Virus record (IMG/VR): IMGVR_UViG_3300020045_014031
Coordinates: 1-64,000 of that record
From: a virus
Reading direction: 5' to 3' (one strand)
Length of the DNA stretch: 64,000 nt
Below are positions 8,628-19,319 of this stretch, one piece after another. The number at the start of each line of letters is the position of its first letter. The stretch's first letter is position 1. The notes beneath the pieces were generated by a model, which saw nothing but the letters and a program-made list of their open reading frames with translations, had not been told where the DNA came from and made no database searches. The position numbers were made by a program, and so were the translations under genes.

Positions 8628-8629
8628 AA

Positions 8630-9358
8630 ATGAAAAATTCAGAAATAACTATGTTAATTATTGTAGGAACAATAATTTGTTTATGTTTTATATCTTTTTT
8701 AATTTATTTAATTGTATTAGTTAGTAAACTAAAACAAGAAAATAAAAATACAGAAAAAGAGTATATAAATTTGTATAATCAAAAAGAAGGTATAAATAAA
8801 AAATGGATACAAGAAATTGAAAAAAACTCTACGTTAGAATATGAAATAATGTGGTTAAAAGAATCAAATAAAAGAGAGTATCAAGTATTATTAGAAAAAA
8901 ATAGAAATTTAGTACTTAAAAAAGATACTGAAAAAGAACATTTGATTAATAAAATTGAAAGTTTATCAGAAGAATTAGAAACAGAAAAAGAACTAAATAA
9001 TAAACATTTAGAATCTATTGATACACTTAAATTAAGAAAAAATATTAACAATGAAGAATTTTATTTATGTTTGTTAAGAACATATAAAAACTTTACAAAG
9101 ATTGATTCTTCTATTGATGGAAGAACTAAAGCTTTTAAAGATTTTATTTTAACTAAAGAAGCAATTGAATATTTAATTTTATTACTTAGTGATGAAATTA
9201 CAGAAAATAGTAATATAGTTAAAAAATTAAATTTAATCTCAAAAGAACAGAAATTAAAAACTATATTAAATAAAGAACGTATTAAAAATACAGAAATTGG
9301 TAATTATGATTTAATTGTAGAAAATAATCAAATCATATTTAAAAACAGATTAAAATAA
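8630..9358 (+). CDS. membrane-anchored coiled-coil protein
   Basis: N-terminal TM, long E/K coiled coil, IDGRTKAFK. Confidence 0.75.
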   Translation: MKNSEITMLIIVGTIICLCFISFLIYLIVLVSKLKQENKNTEKEYINLYNQKEGINKKWIQEIEKNSTLEYEIMWLKESNKREYQVLLEKNRNLVLKKDTEKEHLINKIESLSEELETEKELNNKHLESIDTLKLRKNINNEEFYLCLLRTYKNFTKIDSSIDGRTKAFKDFILTKEAIEYLILLLSDEITENSNIVKKLNLISKEQKLKTILNKERIKNTEIGNYDLIVENNQIIFKNRLK

Positions 9359-9392
9359 AATAAATAATTTAACAATTTAATCAATAACAAAA

Positions 9393-10127
9393 ATGGAAAC
9401 TTTATTAATTATATTATCTTTTATATTACTTTTTGTTTTATCTCTTTACTATGTTAATAATCAACATAAAAATCAATATTTAAGTAGAGAAAAAAAAATA
9501 GAAGATTTAAAAAGAAGTAATAGTAACTGTATTGAAAAACTAATTAAAAAAACAGAATACTCTATTGGTTTAAATAACACAATTGAAATATTAAAAGAAG
9601 AAATTGCAAGATTAGAAAACAAAATAGATTTAGACGCAATGTCCTTTGATGATATAATCAATAAAGAAAACAATGATACTCTTATTTCAAACTTTATTTT
9701 AGAATTACATTTTAATTTATTTAATATTGATAAATATATTGAAACAATAAAAGATAAAAGAAGTAAAGAATATAAAGAAGTATTAAAACAAAAGAAATTG
9801 CTAATGACATATATTGAATCAATAACTAATCAATTTAATGAAGATAAATTTGATGTAGAATTATTAAATAACTATAAGTCTTTAAGTTATAAAGACTTAA
9901 TTGTTTTTGATGAAGATATTGACTATAAATTTGCTTTAGTTGATACAGGAGATATTGATGAATTGGTATGTATAATACAATCAAACGCAGATTATATTTT
10001 TTCTGTACCTGATGAAATTGATTTTGTTAGTAAACCTAATACAATTACAAAAGAACAAGAAAATTTTCTTAAAGAAAATAATTTAACACATGATGCTTTT
10101 GTAGCTGATAAATCAGATTTAATTTAA
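9393..10127 (+). CDS. membrane-anchored coiled-coil protein
   Basis: N-terminal TM, coiled coil, KDKRSKEYK. Confidence 0.75.
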   Translation: METLLIILSFILLFVLSLYYVNNQHKNQYLSREKKIEDLKRSNSNCIEKLIKKTEYSIGLNNTIEILKEEIARLENKIDLDAMSFDDIINKENNDTLISNFILELHFNLFNIDKYIETIKDKRSKEYKEVLKQKKLLMTYIESITNQFNEDKFDVELLNNYKSLSYKDLIVFDEDIDYKFALVDTGDIDELVCIIQSNADYIFSVPDEIDFVSKPNTITKEQENFLKENNLTHDAFVADKSDLI

Positions 10128-10178
10128 CTTTTAAATAAACAAGAACTATAATTCAATATAGTTCTTGTTTTTAATATT

Positions 10179-10535
10179 ATGGAATCAAAATTTAAGTATA
10201 TACAACGTAAAGTTATAAAACAAATAACATTATGTAATGATAGATTTATACAAAATATAAAACCTAAAATAACTCCTGAGATTTTAACATATTTAAAACT
10301 TAAAGTAGATTTAGAATATTTATTTGAAAAAGCAAAAACATTTACAACTATATACAATAAAAAAGAAGAAGAACAATTAATTAAAGAATATAATAATGAT
10401 AATAAGCTTACCATTAAAAACACTATTGATAATGAATTAAGTAAGTTTTATAATCCTTATGTTTCTAATAAAAAACCAAAAGGTAAAAGAAATTCAGAAT
10501 GGAAAAAGAAAGTTAGTAAACTATATAAACAATAA
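10179..10535 (+). CDS. hypothetical protein
   Basis: 118-aa ORF. Confidence 0.65.
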   Translation: MESKFKYIQRKVIKQITLCNDRFIQNIKPKITPEILTYLKLKVDLEYLFEKAKTFTTIYNKKEEEQLIKEYNNDNKLTIKNTIDNELSKFYNPYVSNKKPKGKRNSEWKKKVSKLYKQ

Positions 10536-10540
10536 TAATT

Positions 10541-10855
10541 ATGGAAACTCGAAATATAGAATTTTTAAAAAAGACTATTGATTCAAGAAAAGAAATAAAA
10601 AAATTAGAAGACTTAAATGAAAATATAGGTTTAGAAGTTAAAAGAGAAGAAGGTACTAAAACTTTTAGTTTAAGTGTAAAAAATATTTCTCTTCATTCTA
10701 CTGAAATTTATTTATCTATTCATTTTTTAAAAGCTTTAAAAGAAAATATAGATTTATTATCTAAAAGAACATTAGAAATAGAAAAAGAACATTTTGAAAA
10801 AGCTTTAAAAGATGCACAAGATGAATCATTAGAAATACTTAAAGGTAATATTTAA
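10541..10855 (+). CDS. hypothetical protein
   Basis: 104-aa ORF. Confidence 0.7.
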   Translation: METRNIEFLKKTIDSRKEIKKLEDLNENIGLEVKREEGTKTFSLSVKNISLHSTEIYLSIHFLKALKENIDLLSKRTLEIEKEHFEKALKDAQDESLEILKGNI

Positions 10856-10867
10856 ACAATAATAATT

Positions 10868-11095
10868 ATGTGGAATTTAATAAAACAATTTTTAATTAGT
10901 TCAATAGAAGCTAATAAAGAAGTAATAAAACACTGTAAGAAAAATCAAGACTATATTAATTTTATGTTAGAAAGAAAACATACAGATTTACATTATGCAA
11001 TAACAGAAGAAAAACTAAGAGAAGATAATAATTTTACTAAATTAGGTTATTATGTTGTATCAAAACAAAATGTTGAAAAATACATAAAACAATGA
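10868..11095 (+). CDS. hypothetical protein
   Basis: 75-aa ORF overlapping polB start. Confidence 0.65.
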   Translation: MWNLIKQFLISSIEANKEVIKHCKKNQDYINFMLERKHTDLHYAITEEKLREDNNFTKLGYYVVSKQNVEKYIKQ

Positions 11096-14063
11096 AAGTT
11101 GAAGTAGCTGATATAGAAACATTTCCTTCTTTCTTTTGTATATGTTTTATTAACTTTCATACAAAAGAAAGAATATCATTTAGAATAAGTACACATAAAA
11201 ATCAAATTAAAGAATTATATGCTTATTTATTAGAAAACAAAAAAAATAAAGACTACTATTTAATATCTTTTAACGGTAATAGTTATGATTGGATAATAGT
11301 AAATTACTTATTTATTAATTACTATATGTTATCTAAATTAACAGTAATAGATATTAATGAAAGACTTTATTTAATATCACAAAATATAATAAGTAGTCAA
11401 AATACTAACAGTTTTCATTATAGCGAATTTAAAAAATATACTTATAATTTACCTTTTCAATCAATTGACTTAGCTGATTTCTGGGCAAAACTAACAATAA
11501 GAAATAAGAAATTATCTTTAAAGTTTTTTGCTGTAAGTTTAGATTTAGATATTATAGAGTGTCCTATATCATGGACAGAAAAATATTTAACTAAAGAACA
11601 AGAAGATATAGTATTAGAATATTGTTTTAATGATACAGAAGTAACTCATGCTTTAGCTTTAGCTCTAAGAGAACAAATAAATTTTAGATTAAAATTAAAA
11701 CAGCAAAAAGGATATGATTGTTTAAGTTGGTCAGGTGTTAAAATTGGTTTAGAATCACTAATAAAAGATTTAGCTATAACAAATAAAATAGATGAAAAAG
11801 TTATTAGAGATATGAGAACACATAGAAACAGTGTTAGATTATCTGATATTATTTTACCTACAATTAAATTTGAAACTCCTCCGACGGGTAATCATTGGAA
11901 AGTTAAAGCTAAGTCTTCAAAAAAAGGAGAAAATAAGTTTATTGACTGTTTTAACACCTTTTCAGACCTTCTCATTCACTTAAAGACTCTTACAGTCAAA
12001 GACACCAAATCAATTAATTGTCGTGTATTCTTCAAGGATATGATTTATGACATTAAAAGCGGAGGTTTGCATTCTTACCATGATAGCGAATTAAGATTTA
12101 GAGAAGAAGATAAACTTTATATTGATGAAGACGTAAACAAAACACTACTTGCGTCTTAACCCTCTTAACTGCTGGAAACCCTATTAGAAATCTAAGGGCA
12201 ATCAGCATCGAGCCGTACATACGGAACGTTCAGAGACTATCGAAAACACTTGTGCCAACAAGGAAGTGAGTAGAGTACATTTTTTAAATAAAAAATGGAA
12301 ACTGAGGGCAATTTCTTAAAAAAGGATTTTTATTTTGATTTAGGGTAATAACTTCGTACCTTTAGGGTAATAGAACTTAAATCAACAGTTAAATGAATGC
12401 TATTCAATTTAAAGGTATATCAGGTATATACTGTATAAAAAACAAACAAAATAACAAATGTTATATTGGTCAATCAAAAAATATTTATTTACATATAAAA
12501 CAACATATAACAGCATTAAACACTTGTAATAAAAAACAAGAAAATGAAAAGTTAATTGAAGATTGGAAAATATACGGTAAAGAAAATTTTGAATGTTTAT
12601 TATTAGAGGAATTTAGTAAAGAAGATTATAAATACAATACAACAGATATTGAATCTTTGTATATGGATGAGTATGATTCAATTGAAAACGGTTATAACTT
12701 AAGAAAAGATGGTTCATCAGGAATGATAACATATTCTTCAACTTCAATAAAATTAAGTATTGCAAGTAAAAAAAGATTTGAAAATCCTGACGAAAGAGTT
12801 AAACTAACAAATGGATTAGCAAAATATAAAGAAGAAAATCTTGATTGGAAAGAAAAAATGAGTAAAGCCGTATCAAAAGCTAAAATGATTTATAATTTTG
12901 AACAGTATGATAAACAAATGAATTTAATAAAAGTTTGGAATAGTATAGAAGATATTATTAAAGAAAATCCAGAATACAAATGGCAAAATATATATTCTGT
13001 ATGTAATGGTTATAAACCAACAATATACGGTTTTATATGGAAAAAGAAATTGAAGATATAGTCCGACACTCTTAGTAATAAGAGATTAACAGTAAGAAGC
13101 AGCTACTATCCAACTTTAGGAGCAGAACAAAGTTTTGTACCTTATCACTTTATTAAATTAGGTTTAGCAAACATACTAAAAAGAGATAAAACTGATAGAA
13201 TAAAAGATAAAAAAGAAGGAAGAATGTTAGAAGCAGAGTTAAAGAAACTTAAAATGAATGGAGGTTTCTACGGTAATACTAACAATGCTTATAGTTGTAT
13301 GTTTGATTGGTTATGTACATTACAAATAACATTAAACGGTCAATTATTTTTATTAATGAATGTAGAAATGCAAACAAGAAATAAAGGTATTGTAGTTGAT
13401 ATGTGTAACACCGATGGAATAAGTTACTATTTAGATAAAACAGAAAAAGAATATTTTGATAAAACAAATAAAGAATGGGAAAAAATAACTAAAACAGAAT
13501 TAGAATACGTTAATTATGAATTAGTTATTAAATCATCTATTAATGATTATTTAGCTTTTTATTATGATAAAGAAGGTAAAATAAAAATTAAAGAAAAAGG
13601 TTTTTATGTTACAAAACCTTTACTTGATATGAGTAAAGAATTTTTAGTAATACCTAAAGTGATACAAAAGTATTTTTTACATAAGTATTTTAAAAATGAA
13701 GAAATAAATATAGAACAAGAAGTTAAAAAACACTCTAATATTTATGATTTTTGTTCTTCAAGTAAAATTGATAAAGATTATCAAGTAATTTACAATGGTG
13801 AAAAAGTACAACAGTTAAATAGATATTATGTATCTAAAAAAGGTTCTTATCTTTACAAAAAGAAAAAAGAAAAAATAGAGTTAGAATCTGTACTTAAAAA
13901 TACAAAAGTAATTATCCTAAACAATAAAACAGAAGAAATAAACGATGAAAGAAATATTTTTGAAATTGATTATAAATACTACATTAATGCTGTACAAGAA
14001 CACATTAACAAATATAATAATGATGTTAGTATAGATACTAAAGGACAGTTTAACTTATTTTAA
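11092..14063 (+). CDS. polB: family B DNA polymerase, spliced (exons 11092-12134 and 13097-14063, 669 aa)
   Basis: Exonuclease DIET, FNGNSYD, YCFND; splicing restores DEDVSSYYP; KLKMNGGFYG and NTDG motifs in exon 2. Confidence 0.92.
12334..12372 (+). promoter_or_regulatory. putative internal promoter of the intron endonuclease gene with 12-bp direct repeat
   Basis: TTTG-N19-TACCTTTA; TTTAGGGTAATA at 12339 and 12361. Confidence 0.45.
12393..13061 (+). CDS. intron-encoded GIY-YIG homing endonuclease with NUMOD1-like C-terminus
   Basis: SGIYCI...YIGQS; QYDKQMNLIKVWNS...CNG...YGFIWK; stop lies in intron S element. Confidence 0.9.
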   Translation: MNAIQFKGISGIYCIKNKQNNKCYIGQSKNIYLHIKQHITALNTCNKKQENEKLIEDWKIYGKENFECLLLEEFSKEDYKYNTTDIESLYMDEYDSIENGYNLRKDGSSGMITYSSTSIKLSIASKKRFENPDERVKLTNGLAKYKEENLDWKEKMSKAVSKAKMIYNFEQYDKQMNLIKVWNSIEDIIKENPEYKWQNIYSVCNGYKPTIYGFIWKKKLKI

Positions 14064-14064
14064 T

Positions 14065-14442
14065 ATGAAGTTACAATTTGAATTATTTAATGAAGAAAAC
14101 AAAAGTAAAGTAAAAGAAAAAGTTAAATATGAGCCTTCTAAAATAATAGAGGATAAAATCAATTGGCTTGAACAAAAAATAAAATACACAAACGATACCA
14201 ATAAGTATACATGGTATGGGACTTTTACAGATAAACAAGAAATTGAAAAAGGTTTAATAGGAGAAAACTATTTTATAACTATTAATAATGCTACATGGTT
14301 AGAAGCAAGAAAATTTATGCTCAAAAAATTTCAAACTAAATTTAAAGAAGTTTTAAGGTATGAAGAGATGAATTTTAAAGGTAAACAAGAATATTTATTT
14401 ATAGATTTAACAAAAAAACAAGATTTAACATGGGCTTTGTAA
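14065..14442 (+). CDS. hypothetical protein
   Basis: 125-aa ORF. Confidence 0.7.
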   Translation: MKLQFELFNEENKSKVKEKVKYEPSKIIEDKINWLEQKIKYTNDTNKYTWYGTFTDKQEIEKGLIGENYFITINNATWLEARKFMLKKFQTKFKEVLRYEEMNFKGKQEYLFIDLTKKQDLTWAL

Positions 14443-14684
14443 CTTATTATGAAATAGTACTTAAATTAAATGTATTACTATTATTTATAAAATATATAGT
14501 TTTATTTGTATATTTTAGTAAGAAAAGAAATTCTGCATATTATGAACCTAAAAGTGTTTACTTAATGTGTTTATTTGTAGAATTAGTATGTTCTTTAATT
14601 CCATTATTTAACTTAGGTTATTTAATATTTAACGGAGCAAGAGTAGGTTATATAATAGTAAATTTTAATAAAGAATCAAGATGA
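14430..14684 (+). CDS. small membrane protein (2 TM)
   Basis: two hydrophobic stretches, LIPLFNL. Confidence 0.65.
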   Translation: MGFVTYYEIVLKLNVLLLFIKYIVLFVYFSKKRNSAYYEPKSVYLMCLFVELVCSLIPLFNLGYLIFNGARVGYIIVNFNKESR

Positions 14685-14953
14685 GTTATACAGAAGAACA
14701 ATTCGATAATGATGAATCATTAATAGATAAAGTATTAGCTCAACATCTTAATTTATATTCTAAAATATTACAAAAATATAAAGAAGTTGAAGGTTTTGGT
14801 TTTGAAATATGTAAAACTAATACTGGAAGTACTGTATTTGTAGAGTATAATTATGAAGAACAATACTTTGAAATGTTTATAGAGGAAAAACCTTTATGTA
14901 AATTTACTTTAGAAAGCGATTTTAACCGTTTAATACAACTTTTAACAAAATGA
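14681..14953 (+). CDS. hypothetical protein
   Basis: ATGA overlaps. Confidence 0.7.
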   Translation: MSYTEEQFDNDESLIDKVLAQHLNLYSKILQKYKEVEGFGFEICKTNTGSTVFVEYNYEEQYFEMFIEEKPLCKFTLESDFNRLIQLLTK

Positions 14954-15279
14954 AAATATTTAATATTATTTTATCCTCTTTTCTAACTTTATTTAGGAAA
15001 GAGGATGTTTTATTTTACCATAAACCAATAAATGATTCAGTATATGAATCAAATGGTGTTAAGATAAATTATACAAAATATGCTGATGTAATGAAACAAA
15101 AGCAAAAAGCTATTGATGGAGAATTAAAAGAAACAGAAAATAAAGTTAATTTTTCTGGTAACAGTAGAGTTAATTCTTATCAGTTAAGCCAACTCAAAGA
15201 ACTTATTTCTAAAGAAAATCCACCTTTATTTTTAGAAGGCGTAGAAGCAGTAATTAAAATTTTAAACATTAAAATCTAA
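14950..15279 (+). CDS. hypothetical protein
   Basis: 109-aa ORF. Confidence 0.7.
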   Translation: MKIFNIILSSFLTLFRKEDVLFYHKPINDSVYESNGVKINYTKYADVMKQKQKAIDGELKETENKVNFSGNSRVNSYQLSQLKELISKENPPLFLEGVEAVIKILNIKI

Positions 15280-15285
15280 TAATCA

Positions 15286-16857
15286 ATGTATGATTTAAAC
15301 ACAGGTTTTGCTAAAAAAAAGCAACCAATTGTTCTAAATGAACAACAAGAAGAAGCTGTAAAACTATTTAAAGAGTTTACAAGTTCAGCTAATTTATCAT
15401 TTAATCTTAGTGGCTTTTCTGGTACAGGTAAAACCACTACTGCAAGTTTCTTTCTACAACATTTAAGAACATTAGGAAAACATTTTATGGTATGTAGTCC
15501 TACACATAAAGCAAATAAAGTAATTAAAAATGCACTAAATATTGGTGCAGAAATTAAAACTATTGCAAGTTTATTTGGTAATAGATTTAATATTTTAAGT
15601 AAAAAATGGGAGTTTTGTGCTGTTTCAGAAGATTATTTACCGCCTAATATTACATTATTAGTAGATGAATGTGGTATGATAAACGATGAAACATTTATCT
15701 GTATGTTAGAAACTTGTAAACAAAGAAATATTCAATTAGTATTTATGGGTGATGAAGCACAAATTCCACCTATTAACTCTAAAACAATTTCTTTAAGTTT
15801 TACAGATTGTGATGTAAAATATACACTTACAAAGTTAATGAGACAAAAACCGTCTAATCCTTTATGCGAAATTTACACTTCAATTAGAGAAAACTTATTA
15901 GCTAATCATAGATTTGTAACATCAATAAATGAAGAAACAGGAGAAGGTTTAGAAATAGTAAATTCATTAGGTTTATTTGAAAGTGTAATTGAAGAAATGC
16001 TTTCTAAAGAAGAATTTAAAAAAGATAGTTCTTTCTGTAAAATTGCAGCTTATACTAATAATAGAGTATATAATTACAATAGAATTGCAAGAAAAGCTTT
16101 ATTAGAAGATGATTTAATTCCTTTTCAATTAGGTGAAATATTAACAGGTTATAACCAGATAGCAACAGAAGCTATTGTACAAAATAGCCAAGATTATGTT
16201 ATTTCAAAACATAACGGTATTGTAAACCATAGAATAAACTTTCTTGATGCCAGTTCAAAAGACAAAAAAGGAGTTTACAAGGAAAAAAGATTTGAATTAA
16301 AATCTTATGAAATATCCATTAAAGAAGTTGAGCAAACATCTTCATATTCCATGAAGATAAATATACCTTTAATTGATGATGAGTATAATTTTAATTTCTT
16401 TCATAATCTTTACAAAATAGCTATGGATTTTAATACAGAAAAAAGAAGTGATGTAAAAAAGACATTGTATAAAGCTATGGTAAATATTTTTAAAAATGTT
16501 CAATTATCTGATAGTTTGTTTATGTATGACGGTATTTGCCAATCTTTAACAAAACTAAAGAAAGAAAATAGAGAATTATTTATTCAAGATAGTTTCGGTT
16601 ATTCTAAATTTGACCAAATTATGAGTAATGGATTAGGTTATATATTAGAGAAAAACATAGATTATGGATATGCTGTAACTGCACATAAAGTACAAGGTAG
16701 TACATATCAAAATGTGTTAGTAGATTTAATTGATATTAATAATCCAGTAACTAATAAACAAATTAATAAAGAAGGTCAGCCTTTTTGTCTTGAAAGAAAT
16801 ACTTTAAAGTATGTAGCTTTATCAAGATGTAAACATAAAACAATTGCTTTACAATGA
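15286..16857 (+). CDS. SF1B helicase (Dda/RecD-like)
   Basis: GFSGTGKT, SPTHKA, VDECGM, GDEAQIPP, YGYAVTAHKVQGSTY, YVALSR. Confidence 0.92.
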   Translation: MYDLNTGFAKKKQPIVLNEQQEEAVKLFKEFTSSANLSFNLSGFSGTGKTTTASFFLQHLRTLGKHFMVCSPTHKANKVIKNALNIGAEIKTIASLFGNRFNILSKKWEFCAVSEDYLPPNITLLVDECGMINDETFICMLETCKQRNIQLVFMGDEAQIPPINSKTISLSFTDCDVKYTLTKLMRQKPSNPLCEIYTSIRENLLANHRFVTSINEETGEGLEIVNSLGLFESVIEEMLSKEEFKKDSSFCKIAAYTNNRVYNYNRIARKALLEDDLIPFQLGEILTGYNQIATEAIVQNSQDYVISKHNGIVNHRINFLDASSKDKKGVYKEKRFELKSYEISIKEVEQTSSYSMKINIPLIDDEYNFNFFHNLYKIAMDFNTEKRSDVKKTLYKAMVNIFKNVQLSDSLFMYDGICQSLTKLKKENRELFIQDSFGYSKFDQIMSNGLGYILEKNIDYGYAVTAHKVQGSTYQNVLVDLIDINNPVTNKQINKEGQPFCLERNTLKYVALSRCKHKTIALQ

Positions 16858-17183
16858 TGAAAAAATATAAAATTGTTAAGATAGAAGAAAATAAAATTAT
16901 ATCAAGTACTGTTTTACCTTCAAATGGTTTTAAAAGTAAATTAACATTAACTTGTTTAAGTCAAAATAAAGAAAATAAAATAATTAATTTTGATTATTTT
17001 GGAAGTAGTAGTGAAAAACATGACCATCATTTTATAGATTTATTTAATTCAAAATTAGTTAATACTGATATAATTATTATAAACTTAGAGCAACTAATAG
17101 ATTTGATATTAATTCACAACGAAAAAGATGATGATTTTGTATTATCTTATGAAACATGGAATCAATTTTTAAAGAAGGAATGA
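16854..17183 (+). CDS. hypothetical protein
   Basis: 109-aa ORF. Confidence 0.65.
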   Translation: MMKKYKIVKIEENKIISSTVLPSNGFKSKLTLTCLSQNKENKIINFDYFGSSSEKHDHHFIDLFNSKLVNTDIIIINLEQLIDLILIHNEKDDDFVLSYETWNQFLKKE

Positions 17184-17380
17184 CAGTGTATTCTCATGTT
17201 TTTGCAACAGGAGAAGGAAAAGTTCTTAAAGCAAAGAAAGAAACAGTAAGAACAAAATACAATGTTCATGTAAAAGAACAAAATTCTGATATAATTTATT
17301 CTTTTACAAAAGAAGGTAGAATATTTCCTCATGGAGGTATTTGTTTATCGTTAAATAAATTAGAACCAATAAATAATTAA
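17156..17380 (+). CDS. hypothetical SH3-like small protein
   Basis: FKEGMTVY..FATGEGKV...FTKEGR. Confidence 0.65.
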   Translation: MESIFKEGMTVYSHVFATGEGKVLKAKKETVRTKYNVHVKEQNSDIIYSFTKEGRIFPHGGICLSLNKLEPINN

Positions 17381-17385
17381 ATCAT

Positions 17386-17695
17386 GTGGAACTTGTAGAA
17401 GTAAAAGATGAAAACAGCTTAAATATATTAAATACTTATCTTGAATTACTTTGTCAAGATAAAGTTAATTTTGTATATTTTGAATTAAATAAAACATATA
17501 AGGTAATAGCTAAAAAAACAACATCCTTTTATACAAGATATTCTATCAGATAAAACATGGTTGTATGTATTAGAAGGTTATTATATTGCAGTAGAAGAAC
17601 AAATTATTTATGGTTTGTTCGCAGAAGAAAAACCTATACATAAAGTTTCTAATATAAATTTTATAAGTACTTTATTTAAACCAACAAAACAATGA
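17386..17695 (+). pseudogene. frameshifted ~102-aa gene (extra A in A7 run 17512-17518)
   Basis: GTG-started frame and a downstream frame ending in TGA overlapping the next ATG join if A7 becomes A6. Confidence 0.5.
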
Positions 17696-17874
17696 TTTCA
17701 TACATAAAACACAAAGAAACAAAAAAGAAATATCTTGTTTTAGCACAAGGTGTAATATTTAATTCAACAACTAAAATATCTGTATTTAAAGAAATAGATG
17801 TTGAAGATGCAATTCCTCAAGTATTATCAGAAGAAAAAATAAATGCTCAATTTGATAAAATACAATTAGAATGA
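17692..17874 (+). CDS. hypothetical protein
   Basis: 60-aa ORF, ATGA overlap with helicase. Confidence 0.65.
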   Translation: MISYIKHKETKKKYLVLAQGVIFNSTTKISVFKEIDVEDAIPQVLSEEKINAQFDKIQLE

Positions 17875-19319
17875 AAACAGATAGATTTAGTAAAGAAGAA
17901 ATAATTAATATTAATCTTTATTGTAAAGAAAATAACTTTTCTAATAATCAAAAGAAAGATTATATACAAACATTAATGATTAATAGAGGTTTAAAAACAG
18001 GTGCTAAAAATCTAATTTACTGTTGTTTTACTGGTTCTGGTAAATCTTTTATAGGATTAAAATTTATAGAAAGATTCTCAAAGAAATATCTTAATGAGAA
18101 AACAACAATTGTTTCACCTACTACTTTATTAAAAGATAAATGGATTGTAGATACTTCTAATTTTGAAAGAATAGAAAGTAAAGTTATTAATTCTTTTACT
18201 ATGTCTAATTCAGAAGAAGAAAGAACTACTGGATTACTAATTGTAGATGAAGTTCATCACGCATTAGGTAAAGATTCTAAGTATTTTAATAAAACATTAG
18301 ATTCTAAAGCATTGTTTAAAGTAGGATTATCAGCTACCTTAAACGAAAAACATATTGCTTTTTTAAAAGAAAAGAATTTTGAATATATCTTCTTTTTAAC
18401 TATTGAAGACGGTAGAAAGTTAAACATTATTCCTGATTATAAAATACTAAATATACCAGTAAAATTTACTAAATCAGAACAATTATTTTATGTAAAGAAC
18501 GAAGATGAAATAAGTAACATAGTAGGATTATTTTCATTTTTAATGGAAGGAAGTGTAGAAAAAAAGCAATACTTATTAGAGTATATTGTTTCGAGCCTTC
18601 TAAAAAAGAAAGATGAGGTAATTAAATTTCATGGTTTAGAAATGACTGTTCCAGATTGGATTGATTATGTGTTTAAAACAGCAATTGATAAAGGAATAAA
18701 AATTAACGATAAAGGTTCTATTGTAGGTCAAGCTAAAAAGTTACAGATTTGTTTAAATAAAAGACAATCTTTTATAAATGAGTGTTATAATAAAATAGCA
18801 ATAACAAATCACATCATTAAGTATATTAATAAAGAAGAAACTAAAAAATGTTTAGTATTTGTTAAAAGTATTAGTTTTAGTAAGAAATTAAAAGATTATT
18901 TAGAACAAAACAAAATTAAATCAAGTGTTTTTCATAGTAAACTTTCTGATAAATTATCTAAATTAACATTAGAAGCTTTTTATGCTGATGTTATTCCTAT
19001 ACTTATAAGTATTGATAAAATTAAAGAAGGTTTTAGTATTAATGATGTTTCATTAGCTATTAGATTAGCTTATAATGGAACACCACTTGATGCTGAACAA
19101 ATTATAGGTAGGATATTAAGGTTGGATGAAAAAGACAAGAATAAACAAGCTTTATTAATAAACTTATATGTTGATGATTTTACTTATACGGATGGAAGAT
19201 TATTTCAAAGTGAAGAAGTAAAAAAGTTACAGTATGCTTATAAAAATTTAGAATATAGTTGGGTAAACTCAATTGAAGAAGGTATGGAAACAAATAACGA
19301 ATTAGAATTAGAACTATGA
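17871..19319 (+). CDS. SF2 DExH helicase
   Basis: TGSGKS, DEVHH, GLSAT, EGFSI, QIIGRILR. Confidence 0.9.
   Translation: MKTDRFSKEEIININLYCKENNFSNNQKKDYIQTLMINRGLKTGAKNLIYCCFTGSGKSFIGLKFIERFSKKYLNEKTTIVSPTTLLKDKWIVDTSNFERIESKVINSFTMSNSEEERTTGLLIVDEVHHALGKDSKYFNKTLDSKALFKVGLSATLNEKHIAFLKEKNFEYIFFLTIEDGRKLNIIPDYKILNIPVKFTKSEQLFYVKNEDEISNIVGLFSFLMEGSVEKKQYLLEYIVSSLLKKKDEVIKFHGLEMTVPDWIDYVFKTAIDKGIKINDKGSIVGQAKKLQICLNKRQSFINECYNKIAITNHIIKYINKEETKKCLVFVKSISFSKKLKDYLEQNKIKSSVFHSKLSDKLSKLTLEAFYADVIPILISIDKIKEGFSINDVSLAIRLAYNGTPLDAEQIIGRILRLDEKDKNKQALLINLYVDDFTYTDGRLFQSEEVKKLQYAYKNLEYSWVNSIEEGMETNNELELEL

Larger units (their letters stand above)
12135..13096 (+). mobile_element. group I intron in polB
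   Basis: P1 AGACGT/GCGTCT with U.G at 5' site; P AACTGCTGGAAA, Q AATCAGCA, R GTTCAGAGACTA, S AAGATATAGTCC; terminal G 13096; splicing is in frame. Confidence 0.93.
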
